64,000 nt of DNA from IMG/VR virus record IMGVR_UViG_3300027541_000009, positions 220,051 through 284,050 of that record. The stretch is one strand, 5' to 3'. The position numbers were made by a program, and so were the translations under genes. The notes beneath the pieces are model-generated. The model had not been told where the DNA came from. It saw only the letters and a list, made by a program, of their open reading frames with translations, and did not search any database. Position 1 is the first letter of the stretch. Each line of letters opens with the position of its first letter. This document shows positions 8,516 through 16,102 of this stretch, in pieces.

Positions 8516-9375
8516 AGGATGTTATTCTTTATGGTGACTGCCGCTCAACTCTTAAACATTTTGTAGACGCTGGTGTAAAAGCACAAATGTGTGTGACCTC
8601 TCCACCATACTACGGTCTGCGTGATTACGGTAACGAAGATAATCAAATTGGTTTAGAAGAGTCGCCTGAAGAGTTTATCTCCCAACTGGTAGAGGTGTTT
8701 CGCGGTGTGCGTGATGTTCTTACAGATGATGGCACATTGTGGGTTAACATTGGTGATTCTTATTACAACTATCGTTCTGGTAAAGGTCAGACACTACCTA
8801 AGCAATCTGTGGCATCTAACAACCAAGATTTGCCACAAATACGAAATCCTAGAAGAGGAAATAAACTTGAGGGTCTAAAGGATAAAGATTTGATTGGTAT
8901 TCCTTGGATGCTAGCATTTGCTTTGCGTGCAGATGGTTGGTATCTACGACAGGATATTATTTGGAGCAAACCAAATCCAATGCCCGAAAGTATGAAAGAT
9001 CGATGTACCAAATCTCACGAATATATCTTCCTCTTATCTAAGAGCAAGAACTATTATTTTGATGTTGATTCGATTAAAGAACCCACTGTAGATGGCAAGG
9101 AATTAAAACGGAAACGTAGTGTATGGGAAGTAACAACTAAACCATACAAAGGTTCTCACTTTGCAGTTTATCCTCCAGAACTTATTGAACCTTGTATTAT
9201 TGCTGGTTCTCGTGAAGGTGACACTATTCTTGACCCATTTATGGGTAGTGGGACTACTGCTGCTGTTGCCAAATCTTTGGGAAGGAATTATGTTGGATGC
9301 GAACTTCACGAGGAGTATGGTAAATTGATTGAAAAGAGAGTTAGTGAAACTGTTGGTCTTACCAAGTTTATGTAA
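8512..9375 (+). CDS. beta-class N4-cytosine/N6-adenine DNA methyltransferase
   Basis: TSPPY (motif IV) N-terminal, LDPFMGSGTT (motif I) C-terminal; ATGA-coupled to the REase. Confidence 0.92.
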   Translation: MKDVILYGDCRSTLKHFVDAGVKAQMCVTSPPYYGLRDYGNEDNQIGLEESPEEFISQLVEVFRGVRDVLTDDGTLWVNIGDSYYNYRSGKGQTLPKQSVASNNQDLPQIRNPRRGNKLEGLKDKDLIGIPWMLAFALRADGWYLRQDIIWSKPNPMPESMKDRCTKSHEYIFLLSKSKNYYFDVDSIKEPTVDGKELKRKRSVWEVTTKPYKGSHFAVYPPELIEPCIIAGSREGDTILDPFMGSGTTAAVAKSLGRNYVGCELHEEYGKLIEKRVSETVGLTKFM

Positions 9376-9377
9376 CG

Positions 9378-9557
9378 ATGAAAGAAGGATTTACAATGTT
9401 CAAGGATACATATGCTGCAATTCCGTTTGGGAATCAGTATCTTATCATTCACAATGGTCAGCAACTTGAGAAAGTTTGTAGGACCGAAAGTTCTGCGCGA
9501 AAGTATATCACAGACCACAAAAAAGGTAAGTCAATGGCAAAACTTCCAGTGAATTAA
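9378..9557 (+). CDS. small hypothetical protein (59 aa)
   Basis: read from sequence; its stop abuts repeat copy 4. Confidence 0.55.
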   Translation: MKEGFTMFKDTYAAIPFGNQYLIIHNGQQLEKVCRTESSARKYITDHKKGKSMAKLPVN

Positions 9558-9586
9558 ACTTGGATCCTCTAAAGTGTACCTATAGT
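9558..9586 (+). promoter_or_regulatory. 29-bp repeat, copy 4
   Basis: exact consensus. Confidence 0.9.
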
Positions 9587-9604
9587 GTAAGACGCATTTA
9601 CCCT

Positions 9605-9847
9605 ATGCCTCGCGCTCGCAAGCAAACTGCTAATGTCTCTGTTGCTCCCGAAGTGTCCGTCCCACAGGTACTGATTACTCGTGAACAATACTTCCAAGAC
9701 ATTCAGGTTCGCTGGCAAATCCATCAGTATGAAGTCAACAAACTTCGTGAAGATGTGGTGAAGTTCACTCAAACTGTTTCGCCTTATGTGAAGCAAGTAT
9801 TGAACTTTATTGAACAACAAATATCTGCCCGTCGTGTGGCAGTATAA
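9605..9847 (+). CDS. hypothetical protein
   Basis: ATG 9605 in the frame of track ORF 9560..9847. Confidence 0.6.
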   Translation: MPRARKQTANVSVAPEVSVPQVLITREQYFQDIQVRWQIHQYEVNKLREDVVKFTQTVSPYVKQVLNFIEQQISARRVAV

Positions 9848-9857
9848 AAACTGACAC

Positions 9858-9894
9858 AGGAGCACTTGCAATTTAGCAAGTGCTCCTTTATTGT
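9858..9894 (+). promoter_or_regulatory. stem-loop promoter (PeSL-like)
   Basis: 12-bp stem AGGAGCACTTGC/GCAAGTGCTCCT; TTGCAA 9866-17-TATTGT 9889. Confidence 0.75.
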
Positions 9895-9915
9895 ACCTTT
9901 GTTCGTAAAACTTCA

Positions 9916-10119
9916 ATGATTTTCCTCACTGTTCCTGGTCACGGTTGCGTCTATACTCTGTCGCAAGAAGATGGAGATGAGTTATATTATTCTCCCATTA
10001 TGCAAAATGGCACTGTAGATCTTGAAGCGTTTGCTCCCGTAGGTCTTGATGATGTAGATATGGATGAAATGGAACTCTTTGATATTCGCAATCGTCTTGC
10101 TAAACTGATGCAAGTTTGA
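9916..10119 (+). CDS. small acidic hypothetical protein
   Basis: ATG 9916 after promoter. Confidence 0.6.
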   Translation: MIFLTVPGHGCVYTLSQEDGDELYYSPIMQNGTVDLEAFAPVGLDDVDMDEMELFDIRNRLAKLMQV

Positions 10120-10128
10120 TTGATTGAA

Positions 10129-10157
10129 ACTTGGATCCTCGAAAGTGTACCTATAGT
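10129..10157 (+). promoter_or_regulatory. 29-bp repeat, copy 5 (CTCGAAAG variant)
   Basis: one mismatch. Confidence 0.9.
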
Positions 10158-11075
10158 ATGAGTAAGCAACCAATGCAAAATAAGCACCTTGAGCACCCTG
10201 AAGATGAAATCCTGACGGGTAATCTATCTGTTCTTGATTGGTTCTCTGAGGTTGATAGTTTTATCAGCGTCAAGATGGATGGTGCTCCTGCTATTGTTTG
10301 GGGCACTAATCCTGAGAATGGTAAGTTTTTTGTCTGCACCAAAGCAGCATTTAACAAGCAAAAGATTCGCCTTTGCTATAACGAAGATGACATCTTTACT
10401 CATTTTGGTGGACAACCAAGGGTAGCACAAATCCTCATCTTCTGTCTGGATTATCTTCCTCGCACTAACAATGTGTATCAGGGAGATTGGATTGGTTTCG
10501 GTAAAGGGTTGGATACATTCACGCCCAACACGATTACCTATCGTTTTCCTGAAGTTGTGCGTCAAGAGATTATCGTTGCTCCACATACTTACTACACTGG
10601 TGAGCGTCTGCCTGAAATGGTAGCACATCCTATCACTAGCAAGTTTGCAAGCACAAAGAAATGTTTGTTTGTGCAACCTGCTGTGTCGCTGAATCCTTAT
10701 CGTGAAGATTTGGAGGATGTGTGTAACTTTGCTAAACAAATGAGCACTCTGTGTGAGTTTGTGAGCGACAAGAAAGCATCACAAATCAAAAAAGAGATTA
10801 ACGCTTGCATCCGAGAGCAACGCACCATCCGTGAGGATGAAATTGCAGAAAAATGCGATTGTGACATCAACCTCATCAGATTGTGGAAGTTGGTGAAGTC
10901 TATCAAGGATGATTTGTTCCTGTTCATTCATGAAGAGGATGACATTGAATGTTTCCTCTGGGATGTTGCAGGTTTCCACGAGGGTTATGTCATTCATAAC
11001 AAGTTTGGGTCTTACAAAGTAGTTGATCGTGAGGTATTCTCTCATGCCAACTTCACAATCGCAAAGAGTTGGTAA
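10158..11075 (+). CDS. ligase-like nucleotidyltransferase-fold protein (DUF6267-like)
   Basis: HLEHPED, SVKMDGAPAIVWG (KxDG), HEGYVI, KVVDR; alternative start at 10173. Confidence 0.7.
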   Translation: MSKQPMQNKHLEHPEDEILTGNLSVLDWFSEVDSFISVKMDGAPAIVWGTNPENGKFFVCTKAAFNKQKIRLCYNEDDIFTHFGGQPRVAQILIFCLDYLPRTNNVYQGDWIGFGKGLDTFTPNTITYRFPEVVRQEIIVAPHTYYTGERLPEMVAHPITSKFASTKKCLFVQPAVSLNPYREDLEDVCNFAKQMSTLCEFVSDKKASQIKKEINACIREQRTIREDEIAEKCDCDINLIRLWKLVKSIKDDLFLFIHEEDDIECFLWDVAGFHEGYVIHNKFGSYKVVDREVFSHANFTIAKSW

Positions 11076-11103
11076 CTTGGATCCTCGAAAGTGTACCTAT
11101 AGT
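11075..11103 (+). promoter_or_regulatory. 29-bp repeat, copy 6 (CTCGAAAG variant)
   Basis: one mismatch; overlaps the upstream TAA. Confidence 0.9.
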
Positions 11104-11535
11104 ATGAGCACTCCTACGATGCAAGCACAAGCACAACAAACTATTGCAGAGAATGTGTATAAGAACACTCTGCTGCTGATTGAAGCACTGAAAGACAACT
11201 ATCGTCAGTATTCTATTCGCGGTCACCAAAAGTTCGTGAATGATGCTGATAATCAAGAGTATCATCAGCGCAAGATTGATGAACTCAAGTCTGGCAAGTG
11301 TGACATTGATTATACTGTTGAGACTGGCAAAAAGTATCACAAAGTCATTCTGGTGAATGGTGGTGGATCGAGATCGGTTCACTGTTTTATCGACAAGCAA
11401 AATGGAGGCGTTTTCAAGTCAGCGTCGTGGCGTAGTCCTGCAAAGGGTGAGCGATACAATCTCTTGTTAATTAAGGACCGTGAATGGTTGTTTGAGAACG
11501 CAGATTGGTCGTCCGGATATCTTTACAAAAGGTGA
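11104..11535 (+). CDS. conserved phage hypothetical protein (GKKY.K...SVH.FID...K.ASW..PAKG type)
   Basis: motif pattern; alternative start at 11119. Confidence 0.75.
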   Translation: MSTPTMQAQAQQTIAENVYKNTLLLIEALKDNYRQYSIRGHQKFVNDADNQEYHQRKIDELKSGKCDIDYTVETGKKYHKVILVNGGGSRSVHCFIDKQNGGVFKSASWRSPAKGERYNLLLIKDREWLFENADWSSGYLYKR

Positions 11536-12024
11536 TTATTGCAAATAGTAACCTTTGGACTTTTTCCCTTTATAAAGGTCTCCCCTATCAATTTTATGTT
11601 CTCTACAAAACTTTCCAAGATTAAAAACTTCTACTATTTCTCCAGTTGGTGTTACTAACCGATGAACTTTTGCTAATGCCAACTCCGTGTTTTTTTGATT
11701 ACTGCACCACTCAAGATTACTGACATTGTTGTTTGTTTTTACGCCATCAATGTGATTAACTTGAGGGAGATTATTTGGATTTGGAATGTAAGTTTCTGCG
11801 ACCAAACGATGAACTTTTTTTAACTTCTGTCCTTCTTCCGTTTTAATCCAAACAGTCAAGTATCCCTTGCAATGATTATTAAATCTTCTTTTTTTTGGTT
11901 CTTTATCCAATACTACTCCCCACCCATCTCTTCCACGATTGCGCCAGTATGACCAAACTTCACCGTTTTCTGTGATAAAATAACCTTTATGTTCTGGGTG
12001 TTCTTTCATCTTTAATACCTGCAT
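11536..12024 (-). mobile_element. free-standing HNH homing endonuclease (NUMOD4/HNH_3-like)
   Basis: HRLVAETYIPNP.NLPQVNHIDGVKTNNNVSNLEW; antisense to its neighbours. Confidence 0.88.
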
Positions 12025-12034
12025 ACTGTGTTAT

Positions 12035-12042
12035 TATTTATA
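12035..12042 (-). promoter_or_regulatory. perfect T4 late promoter for the HNH gene
   Basis: TATAAATA on the minus strand. Confidence 0.75.
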
Positions 12043-12059
12043 ACCTATCTGTACGCAAA

Positions 12060-12284
12060 ATGAACTACCTTTGTTTTGTTGATGGTTTGCTAGAATACGC
12101 TAGTTCAGACCCTTCTTCTTTCGCTCACTATCAGTTAGTGTATGCTGAAGAGCACAAAAATGCTAATGTTCAGTATCTTACTCTGACTGACGAAGAGTAT
12201 GACGAAATGTTCCCTTATGAGGAGGATGAACAACCTTACCTTGATGGTTGGGAAGATTCGATTTTTGATGGAAATGAAGAATGA
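12060..12284 (+). CDS. acidic hypothetical protein
   Basis: 74-aa ORF. Confidence 0.6.
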   Translation: MNYLCFVDGLLEYASSDPSSFAHYQLVYAEEHKNANVQYLTLTDEEYDEMFPYEEDEQPYLDGWEDSIFDGNEE

Positions 12285-12538
12285 GCACAATCCCTGACAC
12301 TGAAATGACTTATGATGAACAAATCAAAGAAATGACTGTCACAAAGTCTCTCAAACTTTTGCGTGATGGGTTCAAGAACGAACTTGCCACTGCTCTATTC
12401 GCAGATGAGCGCACAACTGAACTCTTTGCCCAACTGATTAGTGAGTTTGTAGAGACAAACATTCCTGTGGTTGATGATGAGAACCAGATGGAACTTTCTA
12501 TGATGCTGTTGGAAACTCTTGACATTGTAGCACGATGA
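12281..12538 (+). CDS. hypothetical protein
   Basis: ATGA-coupled. Confidence 0.65.
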   Translation: MSTIPDTEMTYDEQIKEMTVTKSLKLLRDGFKNELATALFADERTTELFAQLISEFVETNIPVVDDENQMELSMMLLETLDIVAR

Positions 12539-12789
12539 CTTACTCTAACCTTTCAAAGATTCGCCCCAAACTTCGCACACAAGGAAACATTACAGGCAAC
12601 TTCGGAAAACCCAAATCTAAGGGAGGTTCTACACTCAATGACATCGGTGGTAATGGTAACATAGGTGCGACACAGAATGAATACTTGAATCGTCTCTATT
12701 ATGCTTTTGATAACACTACCGACTCTAAACTTCGTCACTTCATTTATACTGAAATCAAAAAGATTCTCATTCAACAAGGAAAGTGGTGA
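12535..12789 (+). CDS. hypothetical protein
   Basis: ATGA-coupled; basic N-terminus. Confidence 0.65.
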   Translation: MTYSNLSKIRPKLRTQGNITGNFGKPKSKGGSTLNDIGGNGNIGATQNEYLNRLYYAFDNTTDSKLRHFIYTEIKKILIQQGKW

Positions 12790-12798
12790 GTGATTCTT

Positions 12799-12827
12799 AC
12801 TTGGATCCTCTAAAGTGTACCTATAGT
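12799..12827 (+). promoter_or_regulatory. 29-bp repeat, copy 7
   Basis: exact consensus. Confidence 0.9.
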
Positions 12828-13070
12828 ATGAGCACAACCACTGAAATGGATCAAGTCTTTCACTATGTCACCAACTGGAAAGAAGGTAAGGTGATGCAAA
12901 TGTTCATTCAACAAATCACCCCTGAGTATCAAGAATGTGACCACAAATATGTTGCTATTGCTCTCAATCCTGTAACTAACAAGAGCATGGTAATGTCTAA
13001 TCCTCGCAGTCATTATGATACTCTCCAGTGGGTTCGTAAGTTCTGTGGTTCTTTCTCTCTTCTGTACTGA
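12828..13070 (+). CDS. hypothetical protein
   Basis: ATG abutting the repeat; alternative start at 12846. Confidence 0.6.
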   Translation: MSTTTEMDQVFHYVTNWKEGKVMQMFIQQITPEYQECDHKYVAIALNPVTNKSMVMSNPRSHYDTLQWVRKFCGSFSLLY

Positions 13071-13072
13071 TT

Positions 13073-13240
13073 ATGAACAACTATCGACTCTTGATTGAGT
13101 ATAAAGTCCCCAACAGTGCAGAGACTTACTATGAAGAAAGGTTCATCAAGTCTCGTTCATCTTGTGGTAAAATCGCTGATGATTACCTAGCACAAGACCG
13201 CACAAATCTTATCCGCTCTGTTGAAGTTACCCCTGTTTAA
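13073..13240 (+). CDS. small hypothetical protein (55 aa)
   Basis: read from sequence: MNNYRLLIEYKVP... Confidence 0.55.
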   Translation: MNNYRLLIEYKVPNSAETYYEERFIKSRSSCGKIADDYLAQDRTNLIRSVEVTPV

Positions 13241-13242
13241 TT

Positions 13243-13512
13243 ATGTACCGCACTCTTTCTGAACTTCGTGACTCTATCAACCAAATGATTGAGAGTCAAG
13301 GTGAGAACGCTCCCTGTGCTGCGTTTGTATTCACTCAACACGATGTCGTTGAGTTTGATGGTGAGGACAATCAAGAGAAGTATTTTTCTTCTCTTTTCAC
13401 TCAAGATGTGCTCGCTGATGTAGGCGGTTCCGACTACATTTACGAACAGATTGGTGAGGTGATTGATGATTCAATCCGTGACCGTAAGCAAATGTCCATC
13501 TACGCTAACTGA
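13243..13512 (+). CDS. hypothetical protein
   Basis: 89-aa ORF. Confidence 0.65.
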   Translation: MYRTLSELRDSINQMIESQGENAPCAAFVFTQHDVVEFDGEDNQEKYFSSLFTQDVLADVGGSDYIYEQIGEVIDDSIRDRKQMSIYAN

Positions 13513-13514
13513 TT

Positions 13515-13673
13515 ATGACTAACAAAACACAACTTTTTGAGTTTCTGTATGAAACTTGCAAAAAGAATAATGGTGTCTTAGAAGATACTTTGCGTAACTA
13601 CATTGACTCCTTAGATGAGGTGGAACTTTGCGAACTTGAGGATTTTCTTGTCAACAACTTTGGAGATGATTGA
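13515..13673 (+). CDS. small acidic hypothetical protein (52 aa)
   Basis: read from sequence: MTNKTQLFEFLYE... Confidence 0.55.
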   Translation: MTNKTQLFEFLYETCKKNNGVLEDTLRNYIDSLDEVELCELEDFLVNNFGDD

Positions 13674-13867
13674 TGACTGACGGTTACACTTTCAATCGCG
13701 TTAATTTTACTCCTAATGAGGAAAGTTGTATTCTTAAGTTTCTCAATCAAGCACGAGAATGTGGGTATCCTAGTGCAAACGAAGAATGGTATCCTGTGAT
13801 CGATTCTATCTTCCAAAAATTCTTTAACTCTAACTTGAAAGAGGCACAAGAGTGGCAAACCCTGTGA
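13670..13867 (+). CDS. hypothetical protein
   Basis: 65-aa ORF. Confidence 0.6.
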   Translation: MMTDGYTFNRVNFTPNEESCILKFLNQARECGYPSANEEWYPVIDSIFQKFFNSNLKEAQEWQTL

Positions 13868-13878
13868 TTCTCACTTGT

Positions 13879-13990
13879 GTCTCACTGAGAACCCAGTCCA
13901 CCACTGAAGCAAAAACCTGTTTTTTCTTCAATTCTACTGCAGCGGTGTCATAGGTCATTCACTGCAGGGAAATCCTCAATTTTTTCTAAA
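13879..13990. repeat. about 112-bp intergenic element, family B copy 2
   Basis: aligns end to end with 7693..7805. Confidence 0.85.
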
Positions 13991-14004
13991 ATACAAACAA
14001 ACAC

Positions 14005-14148
14005 ATGAAGTACATCGTTGAACTCTACGTTGGTGGCAAAGTCTTCAAAGAAGAAGTGCAAGCAACCAACCCAAAAGATGCCCGTGAGACTGCACTGGCA
14101 CGAAATCCTCACGCAAAAGTTGTTGCGGTCAATGTAAGTTTTCGTTGA
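14005..14148 (+). CDS. small conserved phage protein (47 aa)
   Basis: MKYIVELYVGGKVFKEEVQATNPKDARETALARNPHAKVV. Confidence 0.65.
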   Translation: MKYIVELYVGGKVFKEEVQATNPKDARETALARNPHAKVVAVNVSFR

Positions 14149-14153
14149 TTCTA

Positions 14154-14182
14154 ACTTGGATCCTCTAAAGTGTACCTATAGT
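14154..14182 (+). promoter_or_regulatory. 29-bp repeat, copy 8
   Basis: exact; 5 nt after TGA. Confidence 0.9.
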
Positions 14183-14353
14183 ATGAGCAACACTTTCACC
14201 GTCCGTTTCGTATCCGATGCTCTGGATTCTCCCGAGTATATTGGACCTTTCTACACTGAAGATGACGCCCAAGACTATTGCGATGCCCGCAACGGTTCGC
14301 TATCACTTTCTGGGATTCCTTCCTGGGTTGCCTGTTACTCTGTCGTTGACTGA
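14183..14353 (+). CDS. small hypothetical protein
   Basis: the only in-frame ATG abuts the repeat. Confidence 0.55.
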   Translation: MSNTFTVRFVSDALDSPEYIGPFYTEDDAQDYCDARNGSLSLSGIPSWVACYSVVD

Positions 14354-14359
14354 TTAGTA

Positions 14360-14494
14360 ATGCGAATTGCTTTCCTGATTGCTACTATTGCACTTGGTTT
14401 TAAAGTTGCAATTCCTGCTTATGCGACGGTGAATGAGTATCAAGAACGCCAAGCAGATCAGTTCTGCCAAATTGACCCTAACTACTGCAAATGA
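14360..14494 (+). CDS. small membrane or secreted protein (44 aa)
   Basis: MRIAFLIATIALGFKVAIPAYA...FCQIDPNYCK. Confidence 0.55.
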   Translation: MRIAFLIATIALGFKVAIPAYATVNEYQERQADQFCQIDPNYCK

Positions 14495-14733
14495 TGCAAT
14501 TCCAAGTTACTGAAATCGCTTTTGATTTTGATGATGAATGTCCGTATTGTGGCGAGAATCAATCTCCAGAACACGATGCAGAATGTGATGGATTCTTGGA
14601 GTTTGATTATGCCACTCAAGCAACAATCGGTCAAATCTGGGAGGCAGATGATGAAGAAGATTTAGTAGAAGAGATTACAACTGCCTACGGTTGGTGTATC
14701 AAATCCATTGATTATCGCCACATCTTGAAATGA
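14491..14733 (+). CDS. acidic hypothetical protein with CPYC motif
   Basis: CPYC...H...C possible metal site; IWEADDEEDLVEEIT. Confidence 0.6.
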   Translation: MMQFQVTEIAFDFDDECPYCGENQSPEHDAECDGFLEFDYATQATIGQIWEADDEEDLVEEITTAYGWCIKSIDYRHILK

Positions 14734-14984
14734 TTTCCCTCCCTAACTTCACAAACAAAATGACACTTACTCAAGACCAATACGATAAACTGCTTGCACT
14801 CTACATTGAGTCGATTGTTGATGGTATGGACCTCGACAGTTTGGTACAATTTGCAAGCGATACGATTGAAGAGAATCTCCGCGAAACTTGCTCACTTCCA
14901 GAAGAGTTAATCGAAGAGATTTCACGACTCTATGATGAGGATTATGTGAACGATTTGGTGGAAAGTGTAACACAAGAAAGTTGA
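14730..14984 (+). CDS. acidic hypothetical protein
   Basis: YIESIVDGMDLDSLVQFA. Confidence 0.6.
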   Translation: MISLPNFTNKMTLTQDQYDKLLALYIESIVDGMDLDSLVQFASDTIEENLRETCSLPEELIEEISRLYDEDYVNDLVESVTQES

Positions 14985-14989
14985 TAGCA

Positions 14990-15018
14990 ACTTGGATCCT
15001 CTAAAGTGTACCTATAGT
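14990..15018 (+). promoter_or_regulatory. 29-bp repeat, copy 9
   Basis: exact; 5 nt after TGA. Confidence 0.9.
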
Positions 15019-15035
15019 ATCACCGCAATTCCACA

Positions 15036-15626
15036 ATGTCCAAACTTACCACTTTGCAGGTATCTGCCAAACTGAATGTAACTGATTTCAGTGCATTTGA
15101 TAAACCTGGCAAGAACAAAGGTGCTCGCGGGCAACTGTTAGAAATTGTCCTTGGAGTTCCTAACTCTTCTGACCTCAAAGATTTGGAGGATGGAGAGATT
15201 AAGACTTTTACAGTTGGTGAATCTATTGCTGCCACACAGTTGAAGCATTGTCTATCTGAAATCATTGAAGATTCTGTGTCTTTTGATGATAGTAAGGTTG
15301 GACAGAAACTGAAGCAAACTGTATATGTTGGATTCACCCGTGAGAACGATTATGTAGGTTCTGTTGTACTGAATGAGGAAACTCATCCCGAACACTATCA
15401 GGAACTGCGTGAGGATTATGAGTTCATTTGTGAGCAGATTCGCCGTGCATTTGATATTGAAAGCGAACTGAATACAATCACTGGACCTAACGGATTGCTG
15501 CAGATTCGCACCAAAGCATCTAAAACTAACGGTCGCTATGTTCCTCTCCGTTTCGCAGGTGTGACGCTTAAGGATAAAGGAATGGCATTTTATTTGTGTG
15601 GTTCATTCGGTCGCAATCTTTTCTGA
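15036..15626 (+). CDS. MutH/Sau3AI-family endonuclease
   Basis: NKGARGQLLEIVLG...DLEDGEIKT parallels MutH KGWVGQLLE.WLG...D....VELKT; later LLQIRTK. Confidence 0.75.
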   Translation: MSKLTTLQVSAKLNVTDFSAFDKPGKNKGARGQLLEIVLGVPNSSDLKDLEDGEIKTFTVGESIAATQLKHCLSEIIEDSVSFDDSKVGQKLKQTVYVGFTRENDYVGSVVLNEETHPEHYQELREDYEFICEQIRRAFDIESELNTITGPNGLLQIRTKASKTNGRYVPLRFAGVTLKDKGMAFYLCGSFGRNLF

Positions 15627-15631
15627 TAGCA

Positions 15632-15660
15632 ACTTGGATCCTCTAAAGTGTACCTATAGT
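15632..15660 (+). promoter_or_regulatory. 29-bp repeat, copy 10
   Basis: exact; 5 nt after TGA. Confidence 0.9.
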
Positions 15661-15843
15661 ATGACTAACACCTCTTTCGACTTCCAAACCGACATCACTC
15701 CTGCACTTCTGGAGTTCATGTGCAACAATCACACAGATTTGAATGATTGTGTAGATTTCGTTTGCAATGTCTTTGACCTTGATGCAACTGACGAACTGAT
15801 TGATTATGTTGCTGATGAGTTCGACGCTTTCTTCGGCAACTGA
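15661..15843 (+). CDS. small acidic hypothetical protein
   Basis: ATG abutting the repeat. Confidence 0.55.
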   Translation: MTNTSFDFQTDITPALLEFMCNNHTDLNDCVDFVCNVFDLDATDELIDYVADEFDAFFGN

Positions 15844-15874
15844 TTCACACTCACTGTTTTACCACTAAATCACA

Positions 15875-16057
15875 ATGACACACTACAATCCTTACGTTCA
15901 AAATCTCATTGAAATGGGATATGATGCCCAAGATTGTTACGCTGTTGCTGCAGTAGGTGAATTGAACCCTACTTATCCGCGTAACATTCACGGTCGCATC
16001 TTTGAGACTGAAGAAGAATATAAGCAAGCAGTTGCTGATTATATCAACGGTTTGTGA
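15875..16057 (+). CDS. small hypothetical protein
   Basis: 60-aa ORF; FETEEEYKQA motif resembles 17201..17368. Confidence 0.6.
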   Translation: MTHYNPYVQNLIEMGYDAQDCYAVAAVGELNPTYPRNIHGRIFETEEEYKQAVADYINGL

Positions 16058-16073
16058 TTCGTAAGAGTCACTA

Positions 16074-16102
16074 ACTTGGATCCTCTAAAGTGTACCTATA
16101 GT
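16074..16102 (+). promoter_or_regulatory. 29-bp repeat, copy 11
   Basis: exact consensus. Confidence 0.9.

Noticed and set aside
11536-12024. HNH gene as a group I intron ORF
   Set aside because: It is antisense, the flanking gene has its own stop, and there is no room for or sign of P/Q/R/S core elements. The same applies to the GIY-YIG gene.
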